Source: Spirochaetales bacterium
GTDB taxonomy: Bacteria > Spirochaetota > Spirochaetia > DSM-27196 > SLST01
Direction: 5' to 3'
Assembly: GCA_046538735.1 (NCBI GenBank)
Contig: JBKHII010000003.1
Coordinates: 18,458-82,457, forward strand
DNA length: 64,000 nt
Position 1 is the first letter of the stretch. The number at the start of each line of letters is the position of its first letter. Below are positions 56,819 to 64,000 of this stretch, piece after piece. The notes beneath the pieces were generated by a model that saw nothing but the letters and a program-made list of their open reading frames with translations, had not been told where the DNA came from and made no database searches. The position numbers were made by a program, and so were the translations under genes.

Positions 56819-57512
56819 TCGGACGCCCGTCGTCGGTGTCCGATTCGCCCTCCTCGGGCGCGAACTCCGCGTCTTCCACGTCTTCTTCCCGGTCGGCTCT
56901 CGCGGCGGCCTCTTCGGCGCCCCGAGTCGGCCGGTCGGTATCGCCGGGCGCCTGCCCCGCTCCTCCGGACGGCCCCGCAGCCTGCTCGTCGTTGAGCACG
57001 CGGAAGAACTCGCCCAGCTGGTCGAGACCCTGCCGGATGCCCTTCTCGGCGGCGGTGAAGAACTCGTTTACCCTGGCCCCGGACTCGCCGGACCGCATAC
57101 GCTCGGTCGCGTCCTCGAAGTTACGGCGGGCGTCGTCCGCCGCGTCGTTGAATCCTTCGCCAACGCTCTTTCGTCCGGATGCGACGTCCCCAAAGTTCCT
57201 GAGGCCACGGGTCAGATCGGAGAGCATGTCTCCGCCTCCGGTGGCGCTTCGCAGCTGCTCCCGGTAGAGGCTGCCGAGGCCGGGAACCTCGCGCAGGACC
57301 CAGGCGAGCACGCTGCGAAGGTAGACGAGCCGCTCGCGGTCGTCACGCCTCGTCCGGCTCAGCTCGTCCACAAGCGCAGTGGCGAGCGCGCCGAGAAGCT
57401 CGTCCCGCTCGTCCTTCTCGAGCTCGGCTTCCTTCAGGTAGAGCTGTGCACCCAGGTAGTTGCGGTCGGCAATCAACCGATTGAGGTGCGCGCGGGGGTT
57501 TGCTTCTCTCAT
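56799..57512 (-). CDS. Hypothetical protein with helical N-terminus and acidic disordered C-terminus
   Basis: 237-aa ORF with GGAGA 4 nt upstream of the ATG, 29 nt downstream of the preceding gene. No recognisable motif. Confidence 0.4.
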   Translation of the reverse strand: MREANPRAHLNRLIADRNYLGAQLYLKEAELEKDERDELLGALATALVDELSRTRRDDRERLVYLRSVLAWVLREVPGLGSLYREQLRSATGGGDMLSDLTRGLRNFGDVASGRKSVGEGFNDAADDARRNFEDATERMRSGESGARVNEFFTAAEKGIRQGLDQLGEFFRVLNDEQAAGPSGGAGQAPGDTDRPTRGAEEAAARADREEDVEDAEFAPEEGESDTDDGRPINVERE

Positions 57513-57541
57513 CTATTCTCCCTTTGGGTGAGCGGCATCGG

Positions 57542-58300
57542 CTATCGTTCGCGAACCCTACCGAGGCCGTCGATCCGAATCGACTCTACGCCGACCTCGC
57601 CTGAATACGTGACGTTGCCCACGCCGCTGAGCGACCCGGTGAGCTCGCCGCCCGCCATGCGGACATTGAAGTTGCCGGCTCCGCTCATATCAACGTTCGC
57701 GTTCACGACGCTGCTCTCCGAGAAATCTATGCTCGCGGCACCGTCTACATCAAGTACAAGGTTCTCGAACGCGCCGCCGGTCGCATTCACGGAGGCCGCG
57801 CCGTTGACCTCGATCGCCAGCCGCTCGCTCCCCACGTTCGAAAGCCGCACGTCCGCACCCCCGTCGAGCTCGAGCCGCTCGAGCGCGGGAAGCGTGATCC
57901 TCGCGGTGAGGTTGGTCGCGATCGAATCCCACCCCGGTCGGACCTCGAGCCGAAGTGTCTCTCCGGTGGTGAAGACCTCGACCCGATCTACCGCCCGCTC
58001 GTTCGCGGTCACGTCCACGCTGTAGTCGCCCTGCTCGATTTCGATGCTCCAACCACCTTGAGCGGCGATGGTCGCGAACTCACCGAGCTCCTCCGCGATC
58101 GGTACCGCGGTCCGCGCTCCGTTTCCGGCCTCGGTTCGAGCCTTCTCCCCAATCGAGTGCTGCCGATCGCCCCGGTCGAACCACTCGCCGATGCGAGTCG
58201 CGGCACCACCGATCATTCGGTATCCAAAGAAGACCACGGCTCCCACGATGAGCAGAATTGCGATCGTGGACAAAAGCCGAGTTCGCGTATTCGGGTTCAT
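57542..58300 (-). CDS. Membrane-anchored DUF2807/GIN-domain-like beta-helix protein
   Basis: Start at ATG 58300, after GGGAGG. One TM helix 'LLSTIAILLIVGAVVFFGY'. Repeated 'L.LDG.A.V....' and 'V.GAASV.' strands, as in the putative adhesin head (GIN) domain. Confidence 0.55.
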   Translation of the reverse strand: MNPNTRTRLLSTIAILLIVGAVVFFGYRMIGGAATRIGEWFDRGDRQHSIGEKARTEAGNGARTAVPIAEELGEFATIAAQGGWSIEIEQGDYSVDVTANERAVDRVEVFTTGETLRLEVRPGWDSIATNLTARITLPALERLELDGGADVRLSNVGSERLAIEVNGAASVNATGGAFENLVLDVDGAASIDFSESSVVNANVDMSGAGNFNVRMAGGELTGSLSGVGNVTYSGEVGVESIRIDGLGRVRER

Positions 58301-58350
58301 ATCGCCTCCCTCAGGTCGAACACCGCCGGAGCTGGATTCCGTCACGGCAT

Positions 58351-59604
58351 ATGCCGTACCATGCTCCCATGGATCGTACCCAGCGGCCCCGCGCTCTATT
58401 CATCTTCGCGACGACACTCGCGCTCTGCCACGCGAGTCTGTACGCTCAGACGCCGTCAGACCCGCTCGCGCTCTCGTTTCCGGACCGTATCCGCGTCTCG
58501 GAGCGAACGAACCTCTCAACGCAAGAGAACGGAACGTACGCGGGACTCCTCAACCGACAGGTTACCGGATATCTCACCCGAACGGAAGGATCCCATTACG
58601 AGGGACGCTTCTTCCTCTACGAACAGGTCCGACGCGACCTTCGCGACGTCGCCCGCCCGGTGGATCGTTCGTTCGAGACCCGCATGGAGATCGCTCCCGA
58701 CTCGCTGTTCGTCTCGGCGGACGACTACCCCTCGCTGCAGTCGATCCCGTCGCTCCCGACTCGTTCGCTTTCGCAAGGCGACTCGTGGAGCTCGACCGCA
58801 TGGGTAACGATCGAGCCGCGCAGGGGCGACGCCGTGCTGCGGCTCCCGGTGACCGTCGCGTATCGCTACGGCGGCCTCCAGACCTGGAACAACGCGCCGG
58901 CGCACCGAATCGACGCGGAGTTCGCGACCCGGTACCCGCTTCCGCCTTCCGACGACGAAGACGCTCCGATCGTGCGGTACACCGGTCCGATCACTCAGGT
59001 GACCGGCCGCCACGAGCTCACGATCCTGCTGCCGGTGTTCGAGCGCCCGCTGCAGGGCGGCTCGCAGGTCGCGTTCATCCGTGACGAGGTACGCGAGCAC
59101 TACCGATTCTCGGACCGAGACGACCTCCTTGTCCAGGGTCACGTTCTCCTCTTCCTCTCCGGGCTCGCGGTCGAGACGCAGCAGCAGATCGCGTCTTCGG
59201 TGGAGGAAGAAATGAGGTCCGCGGGGGTGGAGGACGTCGCCGTCGATCGCACTCCCACGGGTGTGCGCCTGACGGTGCAGGCGCTCCGTTTTCTGCCCGA
59301 TCAGGCAGTCCTTCTGCCTGAGGAACGACAACGGCTCGACTCGGTTGCCGGCGCACTGCTGCGACTCGAAGGGCAACGGTTCCTCGTGGTCGGTCATACG
59401 GCCGACGTAGGAACGGAGGAGAGCCAGATCGAGCTGTCTCGGGAGCGGGCGCGGGTCATTGCTGCGGAACTCGCCGCGCGAGACGTCTCGCCCGACCGGC
59501 TGGACATCGAGGGACGCGGCGGGTCGGAGCCCGTCGCGACGAACGCCACGGAGCCCGGCCGTGCCAAGAACAGACGTGTGGAGATCTACATCGTGGAGGA
59601 GTAG
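58351..59604 (+). CDS. OmpA-family protein (unknown N-terminal domain + C-terminal OmpA/MotB peptidoglycan-binding domain)
   Basis: Signal peptide 'ALFIFATTLALCHASLYA'. C-terminal 'FLVVGHTADVGTEESQIELSRERARVIAAELA..GRGGSEPVA.N.T..GRAKNRRVEI'. ATG 58369 is an alternative start. Confidence 0.8.
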   Translation: MPYHAPMDRTQRPRALFIFATTLALCHASLYAQTPSDPLALSFPDRIRVSERTNLSTQENGTYAGLLNRQVTGYLTRTEGSHYEGRFFLYEQVRRDLRDVARPVDRSFETRMEIAPDSLFVSADDYPSLQSIPSLPTRSLSQGDSWSSTAWVTIEPRRGDAVLRLPVTVAYRYGGLQTWNNAPAHRIDAEFATRYPLPPSDDEDAPIVRYTGPITQVTGRHELTILLPVFERPLQGGSQVAFIRDEVREHYRFSDRDDLLVQGHVLLFLSGLAVETQQQIASSVEEEMRSAGVEDVAVDRTPTGVRLTVQALRFLPDQAVLLPEERQRLDSVAGALLRLEGQRFLVVGHTADVGTEESQIELSRERARVIAAELAARDVSPDRLDIEGRGGSEPVATNATEPGRAKNRRVEIYIVEE

Positions 59605-60692
59605 GCCCCTCTCCCCCTCGGAGGCGTAGTGTTTCCGGCGAGCAGGTTGATTCGTGCGAACACGTAGTCGAGCGATTCGCTCTTGATTTCAACGCGATGA
59701 TAGTCGGTGCCGGGAAGCTGCTCCGTATCGTAGTTGGAGTACCGGAGGTACTTCCGGCTGCGCCGATCGTCGAACCAGTGCACGAGCGCGATGCTGTCGT
59801 CTCGTATCTCGAGACACGTTATGCCACGCTTCCCCACGACGGTTCCGGAGTTGAACATGCACGGCACCACGAGGTTCGCGTTGTAGAGACTGGCGATCGA
59901 CGCGGTCGGGTCCTCGACCAGGTCGATCGCTTCGAGCTCGCTACGATACGCTTCGATCGAGCGCTCGATCCTGCGCTGCTTCTTCTCCGAGGCGCCTGGG
60001 TACTTGCGGCAGAGCCGCTCGATCTCGAACTTGATCGAGTCGACCTTGCTCATCGACTCGAAGAGCGGTCGGTGCGTGTGCCCGATGATCGAGAGCACCT
60101 TCTTCGTGGAGGCGAACTCGTACACTCGCTCCTCGGTCTTGAACCGCTTCACGCTGTCGTGCGCGACCGAGTAGTTCTTGATCTTGAGTGGATTCGCGAA
60201 GAATCGCAGCCCGAAACCGACCAGCTTGTTGAACTTCTCGAAGCGCTTCGACGTCTGATGCCCGTGGAAGATGAAGATCGGATTACCCCGATAGGTGAAG
60301 CGCAACGCCTCCCGGATCGCGAACGGGTGGTCGGCCCGGTTCATCAAGTCCATGTCGTGATTGCCCACAAGACGATAGAGTCGATCGTCTTCCTCGAACG
60401 CGCCGAAGATCTCGTAGATCTGTCTCCATCGCTGCAAGATATCCGCGAGGCGGAATCGCTGCAGCTCCTCGATGTCACCGTTGAGAATCAGCATGTAATC
60501 GCGCTCGTAGTAGTACTCGTTGAGCACGTGCAGGAACAGCGAGGAGTTGGCGAGGAAATCGTCGGTCCTCTTCCCGTTCCCCAGATGGAGGTCGCTGAAG
60601 ATCACGATCGGTCGGTCCTGCGGAAGTCTGCTCACCGGCGTGGACTCGAAGAGGTCCGTGAGATTCCTGAAGCTGAACTCGTTGCGACGCAT
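59586..60692 (-). CDS. Calcineurin-like metallophosphoesterase
   Basis: 'IVIFSDLHLGNG', 'LNGDIEE', 'VGNHD', 'IFHGHQ', 'IIGHTHRP'. Confidence 0.8.
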   Translation of the reverse strand: MRRNEFSFRNLTDLFESTPVSRLPQDRPIVIFSDLHLGNGKRTDDFLANSSLFLHVLNEYYYERDYMLILNGDIEELQRFRLADILQRWRQIYEIFGAFEEDDRLYRLVGNHDMDLMNRADHPFAIREALRFTYRGNPIFIFHGHQTSKRFEKFNKLVGFGLRFFANPLKIKNYSVAHDSVKRFKTEERVYEFASTKKVLSIIGHTHRPLFESMSKVDSIKFEIERLCRKYPGASEKKQRRIERSIEAYRSELEAIDLVEDPTASIASLYNANLVVPCMFNSGTVVGKRGITCLEIRDDSIALVHWFDDRRSRKYLRYSNYDTEQLPGTDYHRVEIKSESLDYVFARINLLAGNTTPPRGRGAYSSTM

Positions 60693-60783
60693 GCTACCTC
60701 TCCCGTTTCAGTATACGAAGAATCGTATGAGCTCGTTAGCGTTCGATGAGCGAGGCACGATCCTTTCCCCGACACGGAAACGT

Positions 60784-60792
60784 TGGTATAGT
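60784..60792 (+). promoter_or_regulatory. Possible extended -10 element TGGTATAGT upstream of the mannosidase gene
   Basis: TGGTATAGT at 60784-60792, followed by AAGGAG (60800-60805) and ATG 60812. Confidence 0.3.
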
Positions 60793-60811
60793 CGACTACA
60801 AGGAGCTTCAT

Positions 60812-63382
60812 ATGTATCGACTCGATCTTTCCGGAAGCTGGCTCCTGACGGCGCTCGCCGGCACCCGCCCAGATCTCCTGGACGGCATTCCCGCGAATCT
60901 GCCCGGAGACAATCTGTCCGCGCTTTCCCGGGCGGGCCTGGTGGAGCACCCGTACTACGGGACCAACGAGCTCGGCGTGCAGTGGGTTGGGAGAACCGAC
61001 TGGCAGCTCGAACGAACGTTCGAGATCGAGACCGACGAGCTCCTCACGCAACCGGTGCGATTCCGCGCATCGTGCGTGGATACGGTCGCCGAGATCGCGA
61101 TCAACGGCACGTCGATCGGGACGACAGACAACATGTTCGTGCCGGTGGACCTCCCGGTGGAGACGGCCCTCCTGAAGAAGGGAACGAATACGGTATCGAT
61201 CGTCTTCTCGTCCCCCGAACGAGTCGCGCGCGATCGGGCACAGGAGCTGCCCTACCCAGTTCCCCACGCGCAGAGTCCGGTCCAGTCGCCCCACCGAAAC
61301 CTCCTCCGAAAGGTCCAGTGCCATAGCGGTTGGGACTGGGGCCCGTGTCTGATGGTGTGCGGTGTCTACGGCGACATCGAACTGATCGCTTCAAGCTCCC
61401 CGACCCTGCTGCACGCCCCGGCGATGACGGTCAATCGCGACGGAGCCTGGTCTCTCGTGGTGGAACCGTGGTTCGTTCGCCCCGACTCATCGACACCGAT
61501 GCGCGGTACCGCTGAGCACGCGAGTGTATTCACGGACGCACTCCGCGTATCGGTCCTCGACCCCGATGGTCGGGAAGTCGCCGCTCACACGGGTGAGATC
61601 GCCGTGTCGGGCGGAGCCGCGGACCCGGTCGAGCTCCGCGTGGACGCTCCTCGGCTCTGGTGGCCGAACGGCTTCGGCGAGCAGCCACTCTACACAGTCG
61701 TCGTGGAAACGTTCGGAGCGGCCGTGACTCGTCGAGTCGGATTCCGCACGATCGAGGTCGTGCGGGAACCCGATACGTACGGCGAGAGCTTCACGTTTGT
61801 CGTCAACGGAGTCCCGATCTTTGCGAAGGGCGCGAACTGGATCCCGCAGGACGCATTGCCGGGGCTCGCGAGCGAGGCGCAGCTCCGATGGCTGCTCGAA
61901 TCGTCGCGGGAAGCGAACATGAACATGATCCGTGTCTGGGGCGGAGGAACCTACGAATCGGATCGATTCTACGAGCTCTGCGACGAGTTGGGTCTGCTCG
62001 TATGGCAGGATTTCATGTTCGCATGCGGCATGTACCCCGCCGGCTCTCCGTTTCTGGCGAGCGTACGCGATGAGGTCACTCACCAGGTTCTTCGGCTCAA
62101 GGATCATCCGTCGATCGCACTCTGGTGCGGGAACAACGAGAACCTGGGCGCACTGTCGTGGTTCGCGGAGACGAAGACGAATCGAGACCGGTACGTCGTG
62201 GACTACGACCGACTCAACGAGGGTGTCGTGGGCGACACGTGCCGGAAGCTGGATCCGAGTCGGCTCTTCTGGCCGAGCTCACCCACCGACGGACCGGGCG
62301 AGTTCACCGATAGCGACGACGGGAGAGGCGACATCCACTACTGGAGCGTCTGGCACGGTGGAGAGCCGTTCAGCGCGTATCGCTCCGTTGCGCCGCGTTT
62401 CTGCAGCGAGTTCGGCTTTCAGTCGTTCCCGTCGCTTTCCGGCGTCCACACGTACGCCCACGCCGGACACCACAACGTGACCGCCCCGGAGATGGAGCAC
62501 CACCAGCGTCACCCGAAGGGAAACGCCATCATCATGCATACGATGGCGAGGTACTACCGTTTCCCGGAGAGCTTCGCGGAACAACTCTACCTCAGCCAGG
62601 TGCAGCAGGCGCACGCCATCCGGACCGCCGTGGAGTACTGGCGAACCCGGCGACCGCGCTCGATGGGCGCGCTCGTGTGGCAGCTCAACGATGTGTGGCC
62701 CGTCTCATCGTGGTCGTCCATCGAGTACGGCGGCAAGTGGAAACTGCTTCACTATGCGGAGAAGCGATTCTTCGCGCCTGTCCTCGTCGCGGCTGTTCCC
62801 GTAAACGACGTGGGCGAACCCCTTACGGACGAGGATGCGCCTCCCTCGGGCTGGGACATCTACGTGGTGAACGACTCACCGTCCGGCGTCTCCGGCAGTC
62901 TTCTTGTCCGCGTCATCGCCTTCGACGGGACGCAGCTTCACCGCGAGGAGCACGCCTCGCTGAGCGTCCCCCCGCTGAGCAGCGAGAAGCTCCACCATCT
63001 CTCGGCCGCTCGGCTCCCGGCCGACCCGAACGCGTGTTTCGCGCTCGCCGAGTGGGGAGACCGCGCGACGCATGCGAGCAGCTGCTTCTTCTTGGACGCC
63101 CCGAAACGATGCGGGCTCTCGCAGCCGGCGATCGCCACGTCTCTGAGCGAGGTGGATGGAACGATTGCGATCACGCTCGAGACGGACGTCCCGGCGTTTG
63201 ACGTAGCCCTTGATCTGGGCGACCTTCCGGGACGTTTCTCGGACAACATGGTCTCGCTGATCCCGGGTGAACCGACGACACTGCACTGGATACCGGTCGG
63301 CGATGTGCGCGCCGAAGAAGTGCGCGGGAACCTGACGATCCGGACGCTCAACGACATCGGGCGCGAAGGAGAGAAGGCATGA
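60812..63382 (+). CDS. Beta-mannosidase (glycoside hydrolase family 2)
   Basis: Start at ATG 60812, 6 nt after AAGGAG. 'RKVQCHSGWDWGP', 'WWPNGFGEQPLY', 'IRVWGGGTYE', 'LVWQDFMFAC', 'WCGNNEN', 'DIHYWSVWHG', 'CSEFGFQSFPS'. Confidence 0.9.
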   Translation: MYRLDLSGSWLLTALAGTRPDLLDGIPANLPGDNLSALSRAGLVEHPYYGTNELGVQWVGRTDWQLERTFEIETDELLTQPVRFRASCVDTVAEIAINGTSIGTTDNMFVPVDLPVETALLKKGTNTVSIVFSSPERVARDRAQELPYPVPHAQSPVQSPHRNLLRKVQCHSGWDWGPCLMVCGVYGDIELIASSSPTLLHAPAMTVNRDGAWSLVVEPWFVRPDSSTPMRGTAEHASVFTDALRVSVLDPDGREVAAHTGEIAVSGGAADPVELRVDAPRLWWPNGFGEQPLYTVVVETFGAAVTRRVGFRTIEVVREPDTYGESFTFVVNGVPIFAKGANWIPQDALPGLASEAQLRWLLESSREANMNMIRVWGGGTYESDRFYELCDELGLLVWQDFMFACGMYPAGSPFLASVRDEVTHQVLRLKDHPSIALWCGNNENLGALSWFAETKTNRDRYVVDYDRLNEGVVGDTCRKLDPSRLFWPSSPTDGPGEFTDSDDGRGDIHYWSVWHGGEPFSAYRSVAPRFCSEFGFQSFPSLSGVHTYAHAGHHNVTAPEMEHHQRHPKGNAIIMHTMARYYRFPESFAEQLYLSQVQQAHAIRTAVEYWRTRRPRSMGALVWQLNDVWPVSSWSSIEYGGKWKLLHYAEKRFFAPVLVAAVPVNDVGEPLTDEDAPPSGWDIYVVNDSPSGVSGSLLVRVIAFDGTQLHREEHASLSVPPLSSEKLHHLSAARLPADPNACFALAEWGDRATHASSCFFLDAPKRCGLSQPAIATSLSEVDGTIAITLETDVPAFDVALDLGDLPGRFSDNMVSLIPGEPTTLHWIPVGDVRAEEVRGNLTIRTLNDIGREGEKA

Positions 63383-64000
63383 GGATCGATCAGGTAGCGG
63401 CGCAGCTCTACACGCTGCGCGATCATCTCAAAACGAGCGCGCAGGTGGCCGAGTCACTGCGACGAGTTCGCAAGATCGGATATCGGGCTGTGCAGGTCTC
63501 CGGAACCGGGGCGATCGACGCGCAGGAGCTGGCGCGCATCATCGAAGGCGAGGGGCTGATCTGCTGCGCGACGCACGAAAACGCGCAGACGATACTCGAG
63601 ACCCCGGAGGCGGTCGCGGAGAAGCTCCAGATCCTCGGATGCACGCACACCGCCTATCCCTTCCCGGCCGGTGTGGATCTCTCCTCGATGAGGGCGGTGA
63701 AGGAGCTTGCAAAGCAGTTGGATCGTGCGGGAGATGTCCTGCGTCAGGCCGGGAAGACGCTCAGCTATCACAACCACGACGTGGAGTTCAGACGCGTGAA
63801 GAACCGCGTCATCCTCGACTACATCTATGAGTCTACCGATCCAGAAAACCTGAAGGCCGAACTCGACACGCACTGGGTCCAGGCCGGAGGCGGAAGCATC
63901 GCCTCGTGGTGCCGGAAGATGGCCGGCCGAATGCCGCTGATTCACCTCAAGGACTACGCGGTCAACGCCGACCGGCAGCGCCGTTTCGCCGAAATCGGCT
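63379..64000 (+). CDS. Sugar phosphate isomerase/epimerase (xylose-isomerase-like TIM barrel), 3'-truncated by the window edge
   Basis: ATG 63379 forms an ATGA overlap with the mannosidase stop. My own translation reads 'MRIDQVAAQLYTLRDHL...GYRAVQVSG...LSYHNHDVEF...ELDTHWV...IHLKD', which fits the AP_endonuc_2 fold. The ORF is absent from the track because it runs off the end. Confidence 0.65.
   Translation, partial: MRIDQVAAQLYTLRDHLKTSAQVAESLRRVRKIGYRAVQVSGTGAIDAQELARIIEGEGLICCATHENAQTILETPEAVAEKLQILGCTHTAYPFPAGVDLSSMRAVKELAKQLDRAGDVLRQAGKTLSYHNHDVEFRRVKNRVILDYIYESTDPENLKAELDTHWVQAGGGSIASWCRKMAGRMPLIHLKDYAVNADRQRRFAEIG

Noticed and set aside
1-64000. Looked for CRISPR arrays, tRNA/rRNA genes, IS elements, integrases, phage or toxin-antitoxin/defence-type modules
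   Set aside because: No spacer is longer than about 255 bp. None shows tRNA-like cloverleaf arms or direct-repeat arrays. No ORF shows transposase, integrase or nuclease-NTPase defence signatures. The window looks like core chromosome rather than an accessory island.

Overview
GC-rich, densely packed bacterial chromosomal segment with about 55 protein genes, mostly in long co-directional, often translationally coupled operons. I saw no rRNA, tRNA, CRISPR array, transposase, integrase or phage gene. OM beta-barrels, OmpA-family proteins and lipoproteins indicate a diderm. Some gene content looks spirochaete-like, but taxonomy cannot be established from the sequence alone.

Recognisable housekeeping content:
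- pdhA-pdhB-E2-lpdA operon, which continues into an AI-2E transporter, trpS and a HAD/MutY-like fusion
- nqrBCDEF-type redox pump operon
- aroK-aroC
- ABC-F ATPase, xth, rhomboid, prfA-prmC, rel (RelA/SpoT), trmL
- NeuB-like synthase, acnA, GH2 beta-mannosidase

Signalling content:
- REC-STAS-REC regulator, hybrid histidine kinase, K+ channel and stand-alone cNMP-binding protein, all in one operon
- REC-PAS-GGDEF-EAL protein

Items most worth a second look:
1. A ~1134-aa fusion of 2-oxoacid dehydrogenase E1alpha, E1beta, a lipoyl domain and a FabH-like KAS III, with no E2 catalytic domain. An SDR gene follows it.
2. An nqr operon that lacks nqrA and has Rnf-like B/C subunits.
3. A 36-nt near-perfect palindrome inside overlapping opposing promoters between the pdh and nqr operons.
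4. A recurrent TATACT-type -10 box 6-11 nt upstream of start codons, suggesting leaderless or near-leaderless operon heads.
5. A T-fold/reductase/glycosyltransferase/CDP-alcohol-transferase-methyltransferase cluster at the left end.
6. A 66-aa free-standing histidine-kinase DHp-like mini-protein after rel.

All functional calls rest on motif recognition by eye in the supplied translations. No database search was run. Intergenic coordinates may be off by 1-2 nt.
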